Source: Candidatus Nanopusillus acidilobi (GTDB lineage: Archaea > Nanobdellota > Nanobdellia > Nanobdellales > Nanobdellaceae). Taken from it: a stretch of DNA of 32,000 nt. The notes beneath the pieces were generated by a model that ran no database searches, was not told the DNA's origin, and worked only from the letters and a program-made list of their open reading frames with translations. The stretch spans positions 210,001 to 242,000 of the forward strand of contig CP010514.1 in assembly GCA_001552015.1 (NCBI GenBank), written 5' to 3'. Position 1 is the first letter of the stretch. Each line of letters begins with the position of its first letter. This document shows positions 7,721 to 17,261 of the stretch, in pieces. The position numbers and the translations under genes are program-made.

Positions 7721-9972
7721 AGATTAATAGAATAAAATTAGAGAATTTTAAAATACATAAAAATTTAGAGATCAATTTTGATGAAAAAAATATAATAATA
7801 GGAGAAAATGGGGTTGGAAAAACTTCTATATTCCATGCAATATTATTTGGATTATTTGGAAAAGATTCTTTACCTAGTATAAATATATCAAATGTATCAT
7901 CTTTAATAAGGACTGGTTCATATAATTTAAATGTAGAATTGGAAATATCTAATGGAAATACTTTATATAAAATAATAAGATCTTCAAATAATAATGGAGA
8001 ATCAAAGGTAATATTATATGAAGGAAATAGTGTTATAGCTTCAGGACCTGATATTGTTAATAAAAAAATAAAGGAAATATTGAATATAAATAGGGTTGAG
8101 AAATTTACAGATGTATTATATATAAAACAGGGGGATTTGGGAAGATATATTAATTTATCTGGAAAAATTGAATTAACAAAATTATTAGAAAAAATATTTG
8201 ATATAGAATATTATTCTTTAATATTAAAAATAGTTGAAGGATTAATAAAAGACTTAGAAAAGGAAAAAGAATATGAAGAAAAAGAAAAGGGCCTATTATT
8301 AAAAGATATAGAATTATATAAAAATATCTTTGGTGATAGAGATATTGAAAAATTATTAGAAGAAATTAATAAATATTTGGAATTAAAGAAAGTAAGAGAT
8401 AATATATATAAAGATTATTTAGAGTTAAAAACATTGGAAAGCAGCATAGATTATAATTTATTAACTCAGGAAAATTATTTAAATCAAAAGGAAAAAGAAT
8501 ATGAAGAAAAAGAAAAGGAACTATATGATAATATATTAAATCTTGAATCTGAAAGAAAAAATCTTAAATATGAAAATTATTCAAAAGAATTATTGAATAG
8601 TTCTTTAGAATATTTAGAAAGTAGAAAAAAGGAATTAGAATTTTTGGAAAATGTTGATGAAAAAGAATTAGAATATAGGTTAAAAGAATTAAAAGAAGTT
8701 TATTCTAGTATAGATAAATATATAGAATATAAAAATGTAGAAAATGAAATAAAAAATATAGAAAATAAAAAGAAAGAATTGGAAAATAATATAATAATTT
8801 TAGAAAATAAAATAAAAGAAGAAGAAGAATATTTAAATATATTAAATAGAGAAATATCAGAATGTCCTGTATGTAAAAGAGCCTTAGATGAAGATTTGCA
8901 TAAAAAATTGTTAAATCAATATAAAGAAAGTTTGGAAAAAGATAAAGAAAATTTAAGTAAATTAAAAAATGAAAAGAATAATTTAGATAAATTATATCAG
9001 GAAATAGAAAATAAATATAAGTATTTTTTATACATTCAGGGAAAAATTAAAGATAAAGTAAATTTGTTAGATATTGAAAATGAAAAAATAAGAATTGAAA
9101 AAGAGATCAATGAAATAAATTATAAAGTAAATCAAATAAATGAATATAAGATAATAAAGGATACAATAAATTATATAAAGAAAAATGAACTGGATAAAGT
9201 AATAGATAATTTAAGAAAAGAATATCAAAATATAAAAAATGAGATAAATAATATTAAATATTCTTTAATGAAGATAGATAATATGAAAAGGAATTTAGAA
9301 AAAATAAAAGATATATATAAAAGGAATAATTTGAATTCAATAAATGAGTTTGAAAATAAATTAAATGAACTTGATAAAGAAATAAAGAAATATGAAAATC
9401 TAAAACCAGAATTGGTAAAAAATTATAAAGAAAAATTAAATATGTATAATAGTATAAATGAAAAATTAAAGAATATAAGTAAAAATATAAATAATTTGAG
9501 ATCCCTATATAATGTTCTATTAAAATATATAGAAGTTAATAGAGAGAAACTATCTAAAAATCTAGAAAATGCATTTAAATTCTATTTTAAGAAATTATAT
9601 AGATATCAAGATATTATAGATGTTGGAATAGATATAAAGGAAAGTAAAGTAAAGGATGAGAAATTATTTTATATTTATGTAATTAAAAATATTGATGGAA
9701 AAAGTATTAAAAAGTATATTGATGAGGCTGGATTAAGCGGAGGACAAATAAAAATATTGGATTTGGCATTAAGATTAGCAATTGCTTCTATACTAAATCT
9801 AAATATTAATGTACTATTGTTAGATGAACCTACAGAATCTTTAGATGAGAATATGAGATTATCTTTAGCCCAATTAATATCTAGCTTAAATAATTATCAA
9901 GTAATATTATGTACACATGATGATTTGTTTAAAGATAATGTTGAAGGAAAAATAATCGAAATTAAAAGGTAA
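7717..9972 (+). CDS. rad50: DNA double-strand break repair ATPase Rad50
   Basis: 751 aa; Walker A GENGVGKTS, zinc hook CPVC near the protein centre, signature AGLSGGQ, Walker B VLLLDEPTESLD. Four-nt overlap with mre11. Confidence 0.96.
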   Translation: MKINRIKLENFKIHKNLEINFDEKNIIIGENGVGKTSIFHAILFGLFGKDSLPSINISNVSSLIRTGSYNLNVELEISNGNTLYKIIRSSNNNGESKVILYEGNSVIASGPDIVNKKIKEILNINRVEKFTDVLYIKQGDLGRYINLSGKIELTKLLEKIFDIEYYSLILKIVEGLIKDLEKEKEYEEKEKGLLLKDIELYKNIFGDRDIEKLLEEINKYLELKKVRDNIYKDYLELKTLESSIDYNLLTQENYLNQKEKEYEEKEKELYDNILNLESERKNLKYENYSKELLNSSLEYLESRKKELEFLENVDEKELEYRLKELKEVYSSIDKYIEYKNVENEIKNIENKKKELENNIIILENKIKEEEEYLNILNREISECPVCKRALDEDLHKKLLNQYKESLEKDKENLSKLKNEKNNLDKLYQEIENKYKYFLYIQGKIKDKVNLLDIENEKIRIEKEINEINYKVNQINEYKIIKDTINYIKKNELDKVIDNLRKEYQNIKNEINNIKYSLMKIDNMKRNLEKIKDIYKRNNLNSINEFENKLNELDKEIKKYENLKPELVKNYKEKLNMYNSINEKLKNISKNINNLRSLYNVLLKYIEVNREKLSKNLENAFKFYFKKLYRYQDIIDVGIDIKESKVKDEKLFYIYVIKNIDGKSIKKYIDEAGLSGGQIKILDLALRLAIASILNLNINVLLLDEPTESLDENMRLSLAQLISSLNNYQVILCTHDDLFKDNVEGKIIEIKR

Positions 9973-10303
9973 TTATTGCATATCCATGATCTACTAATTT
10001 ATTAAATTCTTCATATGAAAATATTTTATCTTTATATATTAATTTTTCTTCTGGTATATTAAATTTCATCATACATTTTTCGCATGCATATATGTTTATA
10101 TTTAAATTTTTTATATCCTCTAAATGTTTAGATATAATTAAATTATATTCTTCATTTTCTTTATTTAATGCTTTAATTCCTTCTAAAGTAAAACAAATTT
10201 TTATATCTTCTGCTCCGCTCATTTTTAATACTTTTGAAAATTCTAATGCCATTTCTATTGTACTTTTATCTTCTTTTGTCAATAATATTAAATATTTTGC
10301 CAT
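9962..10303 (-). CDS. DsrE/DsrF-like small protein
   Basis: 113 aa; Rossmann-like alternation with central CEKC (NINIYACEKCMMKFNIPEEKL). Confidence 0.55.
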   Translation of the reverse strand: MAKYLILLTKEDKSTIEMALEFSKVLKMSGAEDIKICFTLEGIKALNKENEEYNLIISKHLEDIKNLNINIYACEKCMMKFNIPEEKLIYKDKIFSYEEFNKLVDHGYAIITF

Positions 10304-10323
10304 AGAAATATAACAATGTTATT

Positions 10324-10333
10324 ATTTATAAAT
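10324..10333. promoter_or_regulatory. Palindromic TATA element ATTTATAAAT between divergent genes
   Basis: Centred about 25 nt from the minus-strand start (10303) and about 33 nt from the preferred plus-strand start (10362). Confidence 0.45.
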
Positions 10334-10361
10334 GTTTAAGCGTTTATTTCAAAATATTATA

Positions 10362-11213
10362 ATGATATATAAAGTTAGAACATATGTACAAGGATTTGAT
10401 GAAATATTATATGGAGGAATACCTGATAGAAATGTAGTATTATTAAGTGGAGGACCTGGTACAGGAAAATCTATTTTAGGTAAACAGTTTTTATATAATG
10501 GATTAAAAAATAATGAAAATGGAGTATTTGTTGCATTGGAAGAGCATCCAGTAACTGTTAGAAGGAGTTTTAAGAATTTTGGATGGGATATATCAAAATA
10601 TGAGGAAGAAGGAAAAATAGCAATTGTAGATGCATTTACTGGTGGAACTGGTACCGCAGCTCAAAGAGAAAAATATCTAGTAAAAGATTTAGATAATATA
10701 CATGAATTATTAGATGTAGTAAGACAAGCAATAAAAGATACAAATGCAAAAAGAGTTGTTGTAGATTCTGTTTCTACATTATATTTAACAAAACCAGCAA
10801 TGGCAAGATCTATAGTAATGTCATTAAAAAGATTGATTGCAGGTTTAGGGTGTACTGCAATATTTGTCTCACAAATTTCTGTTGGTGAGAGAGGATTTGG
10901 TGGACCTGGAGTTGAACATGCAGTAGATGGAATTGTGAGAATGGATTTAGATGAGATAGATGGAAAATTATATAGATCAATTATTGTATGGAAGATGAGA
11001 GATACAAAACATAGTTTATTAAGACATCCAATGCAAATAGATGAAAATGGAATAAAAATTGAATGGGATAAATATATTAGAATAGGAATCAATAATGTAA
11101 AAATAGACAATATACCTCAAGAAATGATTGAAGAAATAAATAAAGCCATGCAAGAAGTTGAGAAATATTCAGAATATAAAAAGAGTAATGTTCAAGAATT
11201 TGAAGAAGAATAA
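10362..11213 (+). CDS. KaiC/RadA-superfamily single-domain ATPase; tracked ORF begins at 10332, internal Met at 10362 preferred
   Basis: [72 protein letters not shown]. The tracked upstream ATG overlaps the TATA-like ATTTATAAAT. Confidence 0.88.
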   Translation: MIYKVRTYVQGFDEILYGGIPDRNVVLLSGGPGTGKSILGKQFLYNGLKNNENGVFVALEEHPVTVRRSFKNFGWDISKYEEEGKIAIVDAFTGGTGTAAQREKYLVKDLDNIHELLDVVRQAIKDTNAKRVVVDSVSTLYLTKPAMARSIVMSLKRLIAGLGCTAIFVSQISVGERGFGGPGVEHAVDGIVRMDLDEIDGKLYRSIIVWKMRDTKHSLLRHPMQIDENGIKIEWDKYIRIGINNVKIDNIPQEMIEEINKAMQEVEKYSEYKKSNVQEFEEE

Positions 11214-11351
11214 TTAAAAAGGTTAAATATCTTTTTTGATTATCTGTTGATCTTATTATATTATATGATTTGCTAAGAAATATATTCTTATATTAGTAAG
11301 AAAATATATCAAATATGAAGGTCTATATATTTTAAAGAATTTTATTTATAC

Positions 11352-12602
11352 ATGATATATAAATTTTTTAATCTAATGTTAATATTACTTATCGGTATTT
11401 TTGCAGGTATTGTAGGTTCTATAACAGGTCTGGGTGGCGGAGCGATTATTTCTCCAATTTTAACAATATTCCTAAATTATCCATTATATTTGACAATTGG
11501 AATATCTTTATTATCTACTATTTCTACATCTTTATCTTCATCTTTAACATATATAAAGAAAAAAATTACTAATGATAATATAGCAATTAGTTTATTAACA
11601 GCTACAACTTTTGGTGCTATATTTGGATTTCTTTTAAATAACTATTTATATACGCATAATTTATTTTTTATTGTATATATAATATTTGGAGTTGTATTAT
11701 TATTATCTTCAACATTTTTGATAATAAAGAATTTAAAAGAGAAATATTATCCATCAAAGCCTGATGAATCTACATATTTCTTTAATTTATTTGGAAAATA
11801 TGAAGAAAAAGGAAAAATAATATATTATGATGGAGTAAGATGGATTTATGGATGGATTGTTATGTTATTTGCAGGTTTTGTTTCTGGTTTATTAGGAATT
11901 GGTTCAGGGATATTAAAAGTTTTGGGAATGGATTTAATAATGAATTTGCCAATAAAAGTAAGTACTACTACTAGTAATTTTATGATAGGAGTAACTGCTG
12001 ATACATCTTCAATTTTATACCTCAAAGCTGGTTATATAGACTTTATTTTATTGCCTTTCCTTACTTTAGGGGTTTTAATTGGTTCAAGGATCGGAACTAG
12101 ATTATTAATTAAATTAAAGGATAATATAATAAGATTCATTTTTATAACATTTATATCATATTTAGGTGCAAGATTATTATTAGAAGGTTTGAATATTAAT
12201 AATCTACTTTATTCGTTATTGGTTGCTTTTTTAGTCTCTTTAATTTCATTTATATTATTAAAAAAGGTAAAATTTAAAGAAAAAGAAGAAGAAAAATTAA
12301 ATTTTGAAAAATATATTAAAGAAGATGATGTTTTTATTAACAAAATGTATAAGTTTCAAAAAATTGCACTCATAGTATTATTTATTCTAAATATTTTAGC
12401 TATAATATATTATTTATTAACAGAAAATATCTTATTATCATATATTTATTATTTTATTTTGATTTCTGTACCATTTATAGAAGTTTTAATGGAACTAAAG
12501 AAATATCTTAATGAAAATAATATATTATATATAGCATTATCAACAATCATAATAATTAATTTAACATTAGGTATGTTTATTTTACCATTTTTAATTTTAT
12601 AA
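11352..12602 (+). CDS. TauE/SafE (sulfite exporter) family membrane permease
   Basis: 416 aa polytopic protein; two characteristic repeats (GIVGSITGLGGGAIISPILTIFL; GFVSGLLGIGSGILKVLGM...STTTSNFMIGVTA). Confidence 0.85.
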   Translation: MIYKFFNLMLILLIGIFAGIVGSITGLGGGAIISPILTIFLNYPLYLTIGISLLSTISTSLSSSLTYIKKKITNDNIAISLLTATTFGAIFGFLLNNYLYTHNLFFIVYIIFGVVLLLSSTFLIIKNLKEKYYPSKPDESTYFFNLFGKYEEKGKIIYYDGVRWIYGWIVMLFAGFVSGLLGIGSGILKVLGMDLIMNLPIKVSTTTSNFMIGVTADTSSILYLKAGYIDFILLPFLTLGVLIGSRIGTRLLIKLKDNIIRFIFITFISYLGARLLLEGLNINNLLYSLLVAFLVSLISFILLKKVKFKEKEEEKLNFEKYIKEDDVFINKMYKFQKIALIVLFILNILAIIYYLLTENILLSYIYYFILISVPFIEVLMELKKYLNENNILYIALSTIIIINLTLGMFILPFLIL

Positions 12603-12634
12603 ATTATTATAATCTTTTAATAATGAAAATACTT

Positions 12635-13282
12635 TTATAAAAAGTTAAGTATACTTTTTTGATTTTCTCCTCTTATTTTTTTAATTGTCATCCATGATTC
12701 TCTAATATAATCTTTTAATATCTCATAATTTTCTTTTATTGCTTTAATTGTTCTTTCGTCAGCCGGATATCCAGATCCAAAATCAATATGTATTTTTTCT
12801 TTAATCTTATCAATTTCTTTATCTCTTATAACCTTTGCAATAATTGAAGCTGCAGATACTATAGGATAATTTTTGTCTGCTTTATTTTCTGCAATTATTT
12901 CAACATTTATTTTTAAATTATTTTTTATATATTCTATTACTTTTTTTGTATTAACCATTGGGGAATCAATTATTACTTTATCTGGTTTTATTTCTTCAAT
13001 TATCTTTATCATATTTTCAAATTCTAAATAATTTAATCTATTTTTATATACATAATAATCTATTGTTTTTGGACCTATTATTATATATTTATATTTATCT
13101 GTTAACTTTATTATTTCATTATATATTTCTTCTCTTTGTTTTCTTGTTAATTCTTTAGAATCTCTAACACCTAAAGATTTTAATAATTCAATTTTTTCTT
13201 CTTCAATACAATAACCAGCAATTACCATTGGTCCAATTACAGGCCCCCTTCCAGCTTCATCAATTCCTAATATTAATTTCAT
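12635..13282 (-). CDS. rnhB: Ribonuclease HII
   Basis: 215 aa; LILGIDEAGRGPVIGPMVIAG, VRDSKELT, ASIIAKVIRD, GSGYPAD. Confidence 0.95.
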   Translation of the reverse strand: MKLILGIDEAGRGPVIGPMVIAGYCIEEEKIELLKSLGVRDSKELTRKQREEIYNEIIKLTDKYKYIIIGPKTIDYYVYKNRLNYLEFENMIKIIEEIKPDKVIIDSPMVNTKKVIEYIKNNLKINVEIIAENKADKNYPIVSAASIIAKVIRDKEIDKIKEKIHIDFGSGYPADERTIKAIKENYEILKDYIRESWMTIKKIRGENQKSILNFL

Positions 13283-14322
13283 TGTGTACTAGATTTTTTC
13301 CATACTCTTGGATATAAGCCTCTTTTTATAACAACCCTATCAATATCAACTGCAATACCTTTTTCAGAATTTAAAATTTTTTCAGAATCCATTAATGCAG
13401 TTCCATATGCAACTATTTCCCCCTTTAATGTAAATATTGTTACTAAATCTCCTTCTTTTATATTTGAGTATAATTTTGATATTCCTTTTACTGTTAGGTT
13501 TGCTCCATGTGCAATTGCATCTACTGCAGTATCTAATATCCAAATTTTCTTTGTATGATCTGCTGCAACTTCTGCTGGTAGAAAGACTCTTCTTATATAT
13601 TTTTCATTATTTTCATTTCTCCAAAACCATATTGAGTCAACTATATCTTGTAAAGTAGATAAAGGATATTTTTCAGAATCTTCTTTTAGTTCTCCAACCC
13701 TGATTCTTCTTAATTGCTGCATATGTGCTTTTGTTCCTAAAGCTTTTCCTATATCATCTATTAATTTTCTTATATATACTCCAGCCTCTGTTGCAATTTG
13801 TAATAACCAATCCCTACCATCAATTTCTAATACTTTTATACAATAAACATTTTTTTCTCTAGGAACTTTTTTTACTGCAGATTTTAATGGAGGTTTTTGA
13901 ATAATCTTTCCTTGGAATTTATTTAGTACTTCATATACTTTATTTTCATCAATATCACTATGTATATGCATCCATGCTATATATTCTTTTCCAGCAGTTA
14001 GCAATAATTTTAATACTTTTGTTCCTCTTCCAATTCCTATTGGTAATACTCCAGTTACTTTTGGATCCAATGTACCTGAATGTCCAGCTTTTTTATTTAA
14101 AATATTTTTTATCCATCCAGAAACCTGATGTGATGTAGGTCCTTTTGGTTTATCTAAATTAATAATTGAGAAATCTAACAATTCATCTATTGGTCTTTTC
14201 CATGGATCATAACCATATTTTTCATTTGTTTCTTCTTCTCTTTTAACAAGGATTTCATATTTTTCTTTTTCATATGGTAATTTACAATATTCTACCATAA
14301 GATTTTGATAATAAAAACTCAT
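13279..14322 (-). CDS. cbf5: Archaeal tRNA/rRNA pseudouridine synthase Cbf5 (H/ACA RNP catalytic subunit)
   Basis: 347 aa; INLDKPKGPTSHQVSGWIKNIL, KAGHSGTLDPKVTGVLPIGIGRGTKV, AGVYIRKLIDDIG, plus a PUA-like C-terminus. Confidence 0.95.
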   Translation of the reverse strand: MSFYYQNLMVEYCKLPYEKEKYEILVKREEETNEKYGYDPWKRPIDELLDFSIINLDKPKGPTSHQVSGWIKNILNKKAGHSGTLDPKVTGVLPIGIGRGTKVLKLLLTAGKEYIAWMHIHSDIDENKVYEVLNKFQGKIIQKPPLKSAVKKVPREKNVYCIKVLEIDGRDWLLQIATEAGVYIRKLIDDIGKALGTKAHMQQLRRIRVGELKEDSEKYPLSTLQDIVDSIWFWRNENNEKYIRRVFLPAEVAADHTKKIWILDTAVDAIAHGANLTVKGISKLYSNIKEGDLVTIFTLKGEIVAYGTALMDSEKILNSEKGIAVDIDRVVIKRGLYPRVWKKSSTQ

Positions 14323-14495
14323 ATATATACAACTTTGAATTTTTATGTATTTATTAATAAATTTTTCTATTTATTACTAATGGATTGTCATATTATTTTA
14401 TGATATGGATGTATTTTTGTATTAAAAATATAATATACGAGCTTTTAGATATAAATAAAAGGCAGTAGAAATGATAAATTTTGAAGAATAAAAAA

Positions 14496-15059
14496 TTATT
14501 GTGAAGATTGATTAACTTCTTGTGTGGTTTCTTCTTTATTTTCTTCCTTACTTATATTTTGACCTAATAGTTTTTCTTTATTTATATTTGAATAAGGATT
14601 ATAACCTATTTTATCTTCTTCATCAACTTTTACTAAATAACCTGGGGAAGATATTACTTTATCACCTATAACAATATGTCTATGTACAATTAATTGTCTT
14701 GCTTGTTTTATTGTTTTTGCTAAACCCTTTCTAAATACAATTGTTTGTAATCTTCTTTCCAATATTTCTCTTACTGTTATGTTTAAAGCTTCGCTTATAT
14801 CAGAATTTTTATTTAATAATCCCAATTTAATTAATCTATTCTTTAATTTTTCTTCTTCTTTTGATACATCTACTCCAGCAGCTTTTTTAGCATTTAGATA
14901 TCTAACATAGAATCTTATTCTTCTAGCGATTGTAGAAGCTTTCCATATTTCTCTTTTATTTTTTAATCCATATTGTTTTAATAATTGCCTTTCTTCTTCT
15001 ATTCTATCCTTTTGCCATAGATGTCCTGGACTTTCCCAAGTTTTTCTATTTCTCCACAT
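14496..15059 (-). CDS. rps4: 30S ribosomal protein S4
   Basis: 187 aa; GLKNKREIWKASTIARRIRF, S4 domain LQTIVFRKGLAKTIKQARQLIVHRHIVIGDKVISSPGYLV. Confidence 0.95.
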   Translation of the reverse strand: MWRNRKTWESPGHLWQKDRIEEERQLLKQYGLKNKREIWKASTIARRIRFYVRYLNAKKAAGVDVSKEEEKLKNRLIKLGLLNKNSDISEALNITVREILERRLQTIVFRKGLAKTIKQARQLIVHRHIVIGDKVISSPGYLVKVDEEDKIGYNPYSNINKEKLLGQNISKEENKEETTQEVNQSSQ

Positions 15060-15060
15060 T

Positions 15061-15573
15061 TTATTCTTTATTTTCAGATTTTTGTTGGGCCCTTAATTCT
15101 TTACTTTTTACTACACCAATAGTAGAACCTTTTCTATGATGTGATCTTGTTTTTTGTCCTCTAACAGGTAATCTATAAGTATGTCTAATTCCTTTCCATG
15201 TTTTTAATTCAATTTCTCTCTTTATATCCATTTTTACTTGAATTTCCCAATCAGGTCCTACTAAATGTTTATCCTGACCATCTTTAGGATCTCTTCTCCT
15301 ATTTAGTATCCAGTAAGGTATACCATAATTTTGTGGTCTTTTTAAACAATCTTCTAATTTTTCTAATTCTTCATCTGTTAAAGATCCTAAAGCTTGCCAT
15401 TTATTTATCTTTAATACACTACATGCAGCATTAGCAAATCTCCAGTTTACACCAGGTATTTTTCTTAATTCTACAATTATAGGTTTATGTCCATCTAATT
15501 CTACTCCTACAATACGTATAACATCCTTTAGTGTACTTCCTTCAGGTATTATTACTTTAAGTGCACCAGGCAT
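15061..15573 (-). CDS. rps13: 30S ribosomal protein S13; start reassigned to MPGALKV (tracked ORF begins at 15621)
   Basis: VELRKIPGVNWRFANAAC, GIRHTYRLPVRGQKTRSHHRKG. The tracked 16-aa N-terminal extension is not S13-like and overlaps the promoter spacer. Confidence 0.94.
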   Translation of the reverse strand: MPGALKVIIPEGSTLKDVIRIVGVELDGHKPIIVELRKIPGVNWRFANAACSVLKINKWQALGSLTDEELEKLEDCLKRPQNYGIPYWILNRRRDPKDGQDKHLVGPDWEIQVKMDIKREIELKTWKGIRHTYRLPVRGQKTRSHHRKGSTIGVVKSKELRAQQKSENKE

Positions 15574-15595
15574 TAAAATATTTAGATAAAAAATG

Positions 15596-15601
15596 TTTAA
15601 A
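15596..15601. promoter_or_regulatory. Palindromic TTTAAA TATA-like core, exactly central between rps13(-) and herA(+)
   Basis: With starts at 15573(-) and 15624(+), the spacer is 15574-15623. TTTAAA is exactly central, 22 nt from each start codon edge. Confidence 0.55.
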
Positions 15602-15623
15602 AGTATATTATAAATATACATCT

Positions 15624-17261
15624 ATGAAAGTTGGATATGTTATAAAAGAGGCAACATCTGAATATTTTTATTTTGTTGTTGATCCAAAGGAAAGATATTC
15701 AGTAGGTATTGGAAGTATAGTTAAAGTAAAAATAGGTGATTTCTTTTATTTTGGAATAATTGAAGATTTAAAATCTGAAGCTATTGAAGAAGAAAGATTA
15801 TTTGATTATGAGGCAATAGAATTATTATATGGACAGATGAAAAAATTGCAATATTTAATAATTGGAAAGGCAATATTTATTGGAGTAATAAAAAATGGAA
15901 AAATATTACAAGAAAAACCAAAAACACCTCCAGTTCCTGGGGATGAAGTATATTTACCAGAAGAAGAAGAAGTAAGTAAAATATATTCATTTGAAGAAAA
16001 AGAATTATCAATACCTTTGGGAAAAATAAATTTACAAAATAAAGAATTTATTGTAGATTTGAATATAAAGAATTTAATTATAAGACATACAGGTATATTT
16101 GGAATAACAGGTTCTGGAAAAAGTACAACAGTTGCTCATATAGTAAATGAATTATCAAAGAAGAATATACCAATATTGTTATTTGATATTCATAGAGATT
16201 ATATTTTATCATTTGAAAATTCTATAATAATAACATTTGGTAAAAGAGAAAAAGAATTTATTGAAAAATTAGTAAGCGAAAGAAATAAGAAAAATGTAAT
16301 AGTATATAATGCAAAATTACCATTAAAATATATAAAAGATTATATGGAAAGTTTTTTGGGAATATCTGGAAAACAGGCTCCTCATGTATATTCTTTATTA
16401 TATAGAATTTTATCATTAGAAGAAGGAAAAGCACCGAAATTTATGGATAAATTATTAGAAATGGTAAATAAAAGAGATCCTCCGCAAGTATTTGAAAAAT
16501 ATAAAAATAGAGAAGATGTAATAAGATCTCTACAATCAAGATTATTAAGGATAAAAGATTGGATGTTGTTTCCAAAAAATGTAGATGATATGGGTGAAAA
16601 TGTAGATGAATTATTTAATAAATTGCTAGAAGATATTAGAAACTTTAATATTTCAGATTATAATATAGTTAAAGAAGAAAATGGAGAAGTATATTTAGAA
16701 GAATCTAATAAATTTATTCCAAGGGTAATTATATTTGATTTATATCCATTATCAATAGAAGAACAGAGAATATTAATAGATATATTATTAGAAAGTGTTT
16801 ATGAAAAATATAAATCTTGGAAATTTAGTAATAAAACAGATATTTTGGGAATTGTAATTGAAGAAGCACATAGATTTGCATCAAAAAATAGTGAAGTTTC
16901 TTCAAAAATATCTTTAATTGCAAGAGAAGGAAGAAAATTTGGTTTGGGATTAATTTTGATATCTCAGGTACCTTCTAGTATTATTGAAGATATTACATCT
17001 CAATTAAATACATTTATTTTATTAAAGATAATTAATCCAAAAGACTTAGAATTTATAAGAAAAACATGTCCATATTTATCTAGAGAATATTTTGAAGCAT
17101 TAACAAAATTAGAAACTGGTTCATGTCTAGCAGTTGGATTAGCATTAAAAAATCCTGCAATATTAAAAGTAATAAAATCTGTAGAAGTTGGTGGAACAGA
17201 GGAAGATATAGATAATATAATAAGAGAGAGAATATTTTATGGAAGTAAAAATAATTTTTAA
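15624..17261 (+). CDS. herA: HerA-family bipolar DNA helicase/ATPase; start reassigned to MKVGYVI (tracked ORF begins at 15561)
   Basis: IRHTGIFGITGSGKSTTVAHIV, IPILLFDIHRDY, LGIVIEEAHRFA, REGRKFGLGLILISQVPSSI, LRKDL-like ILLKIINPKDLEFI. Confidence 0.93.
   Translation: MKVGYVIKEATSEYFYFVVDPKERYSVGIGSIVKVKIGDFFYFGIIEDLKSEAIEEERLFDYEAIELLYGQMKKLQYLIIGKAIFIGVIKNGKILQEKPKTPPVPGDEVYLPEEEEVSKIYSFEEKELSIPLGKINLQNKEFIVDLNIKNLIIRHTGIFGITGSGKSTTVAHIVNELSKKNIPILLFDIHRDYILSFENSIIITFGKREKEFIEKLVSERNKKNVIVYNAKLPLKYIKDYMESFLGISGKQAPHVYSLLYRILSLEEGKAPKFMDKLLEMVNKRDPPQVFEKYKNREDVIRSLQSRLLRIKDWMLFPKNVDDMGENVDELFNKLLEDIRNFNISDYNIVKEENGEVYLEESNKFIPRVIIFDLYPLSIEEQRILIDILLESVYEKYKSWKFSNKTDILGIVIEEAHRFASKNSEVSSKISLIAREGRKFGLGLILISQVPSSIIEDITSQLNTFILLKIINPKDLEFIRKTCPYLSREYFEALTKLETGSCLAVGLALKNPAILKVIKSVEVGGTEEDIDNIIRERIFYGSKNNF

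Noticed and set aside
7717-9972. Apparent repeats of AAAGAAAAAGAATATGAAGAAAAAG-type sequence
   Set aside because: These reflect Lys/Glu/Asn-rich coiled-coil coding of Rad50, not a DNA repeat or CRISPR array.
10092-10313. 73 aa plus-strand ORF opposite the DsrE-like gene
   Set aside because: Antisense, Phe/Ser/Ile-rich and lacks independent support. The DsrE-like frame explains the region better.
10661-11110. 149 aa minus-strand ORF opposite the KaiC-like gene
   Set aside because: Antisense to conserved KaiC motifs; composition is typical of a shadow ORF.
12958-13658. 66 aa and 73 aa plus-strand ORFs over rnhB and cbf5
   Set aside because: Leu/Phe/Tyr-rich shadow ORFs opposite clearly conserved genes.
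14461-14490. AGAAATGATAAATTTTGAAG considered as a C/D box sRNA fragment
   Set aside because: Only a weak C-box-like match, with no convincing C'/D' or D box at proper spacing and no terminal stem.
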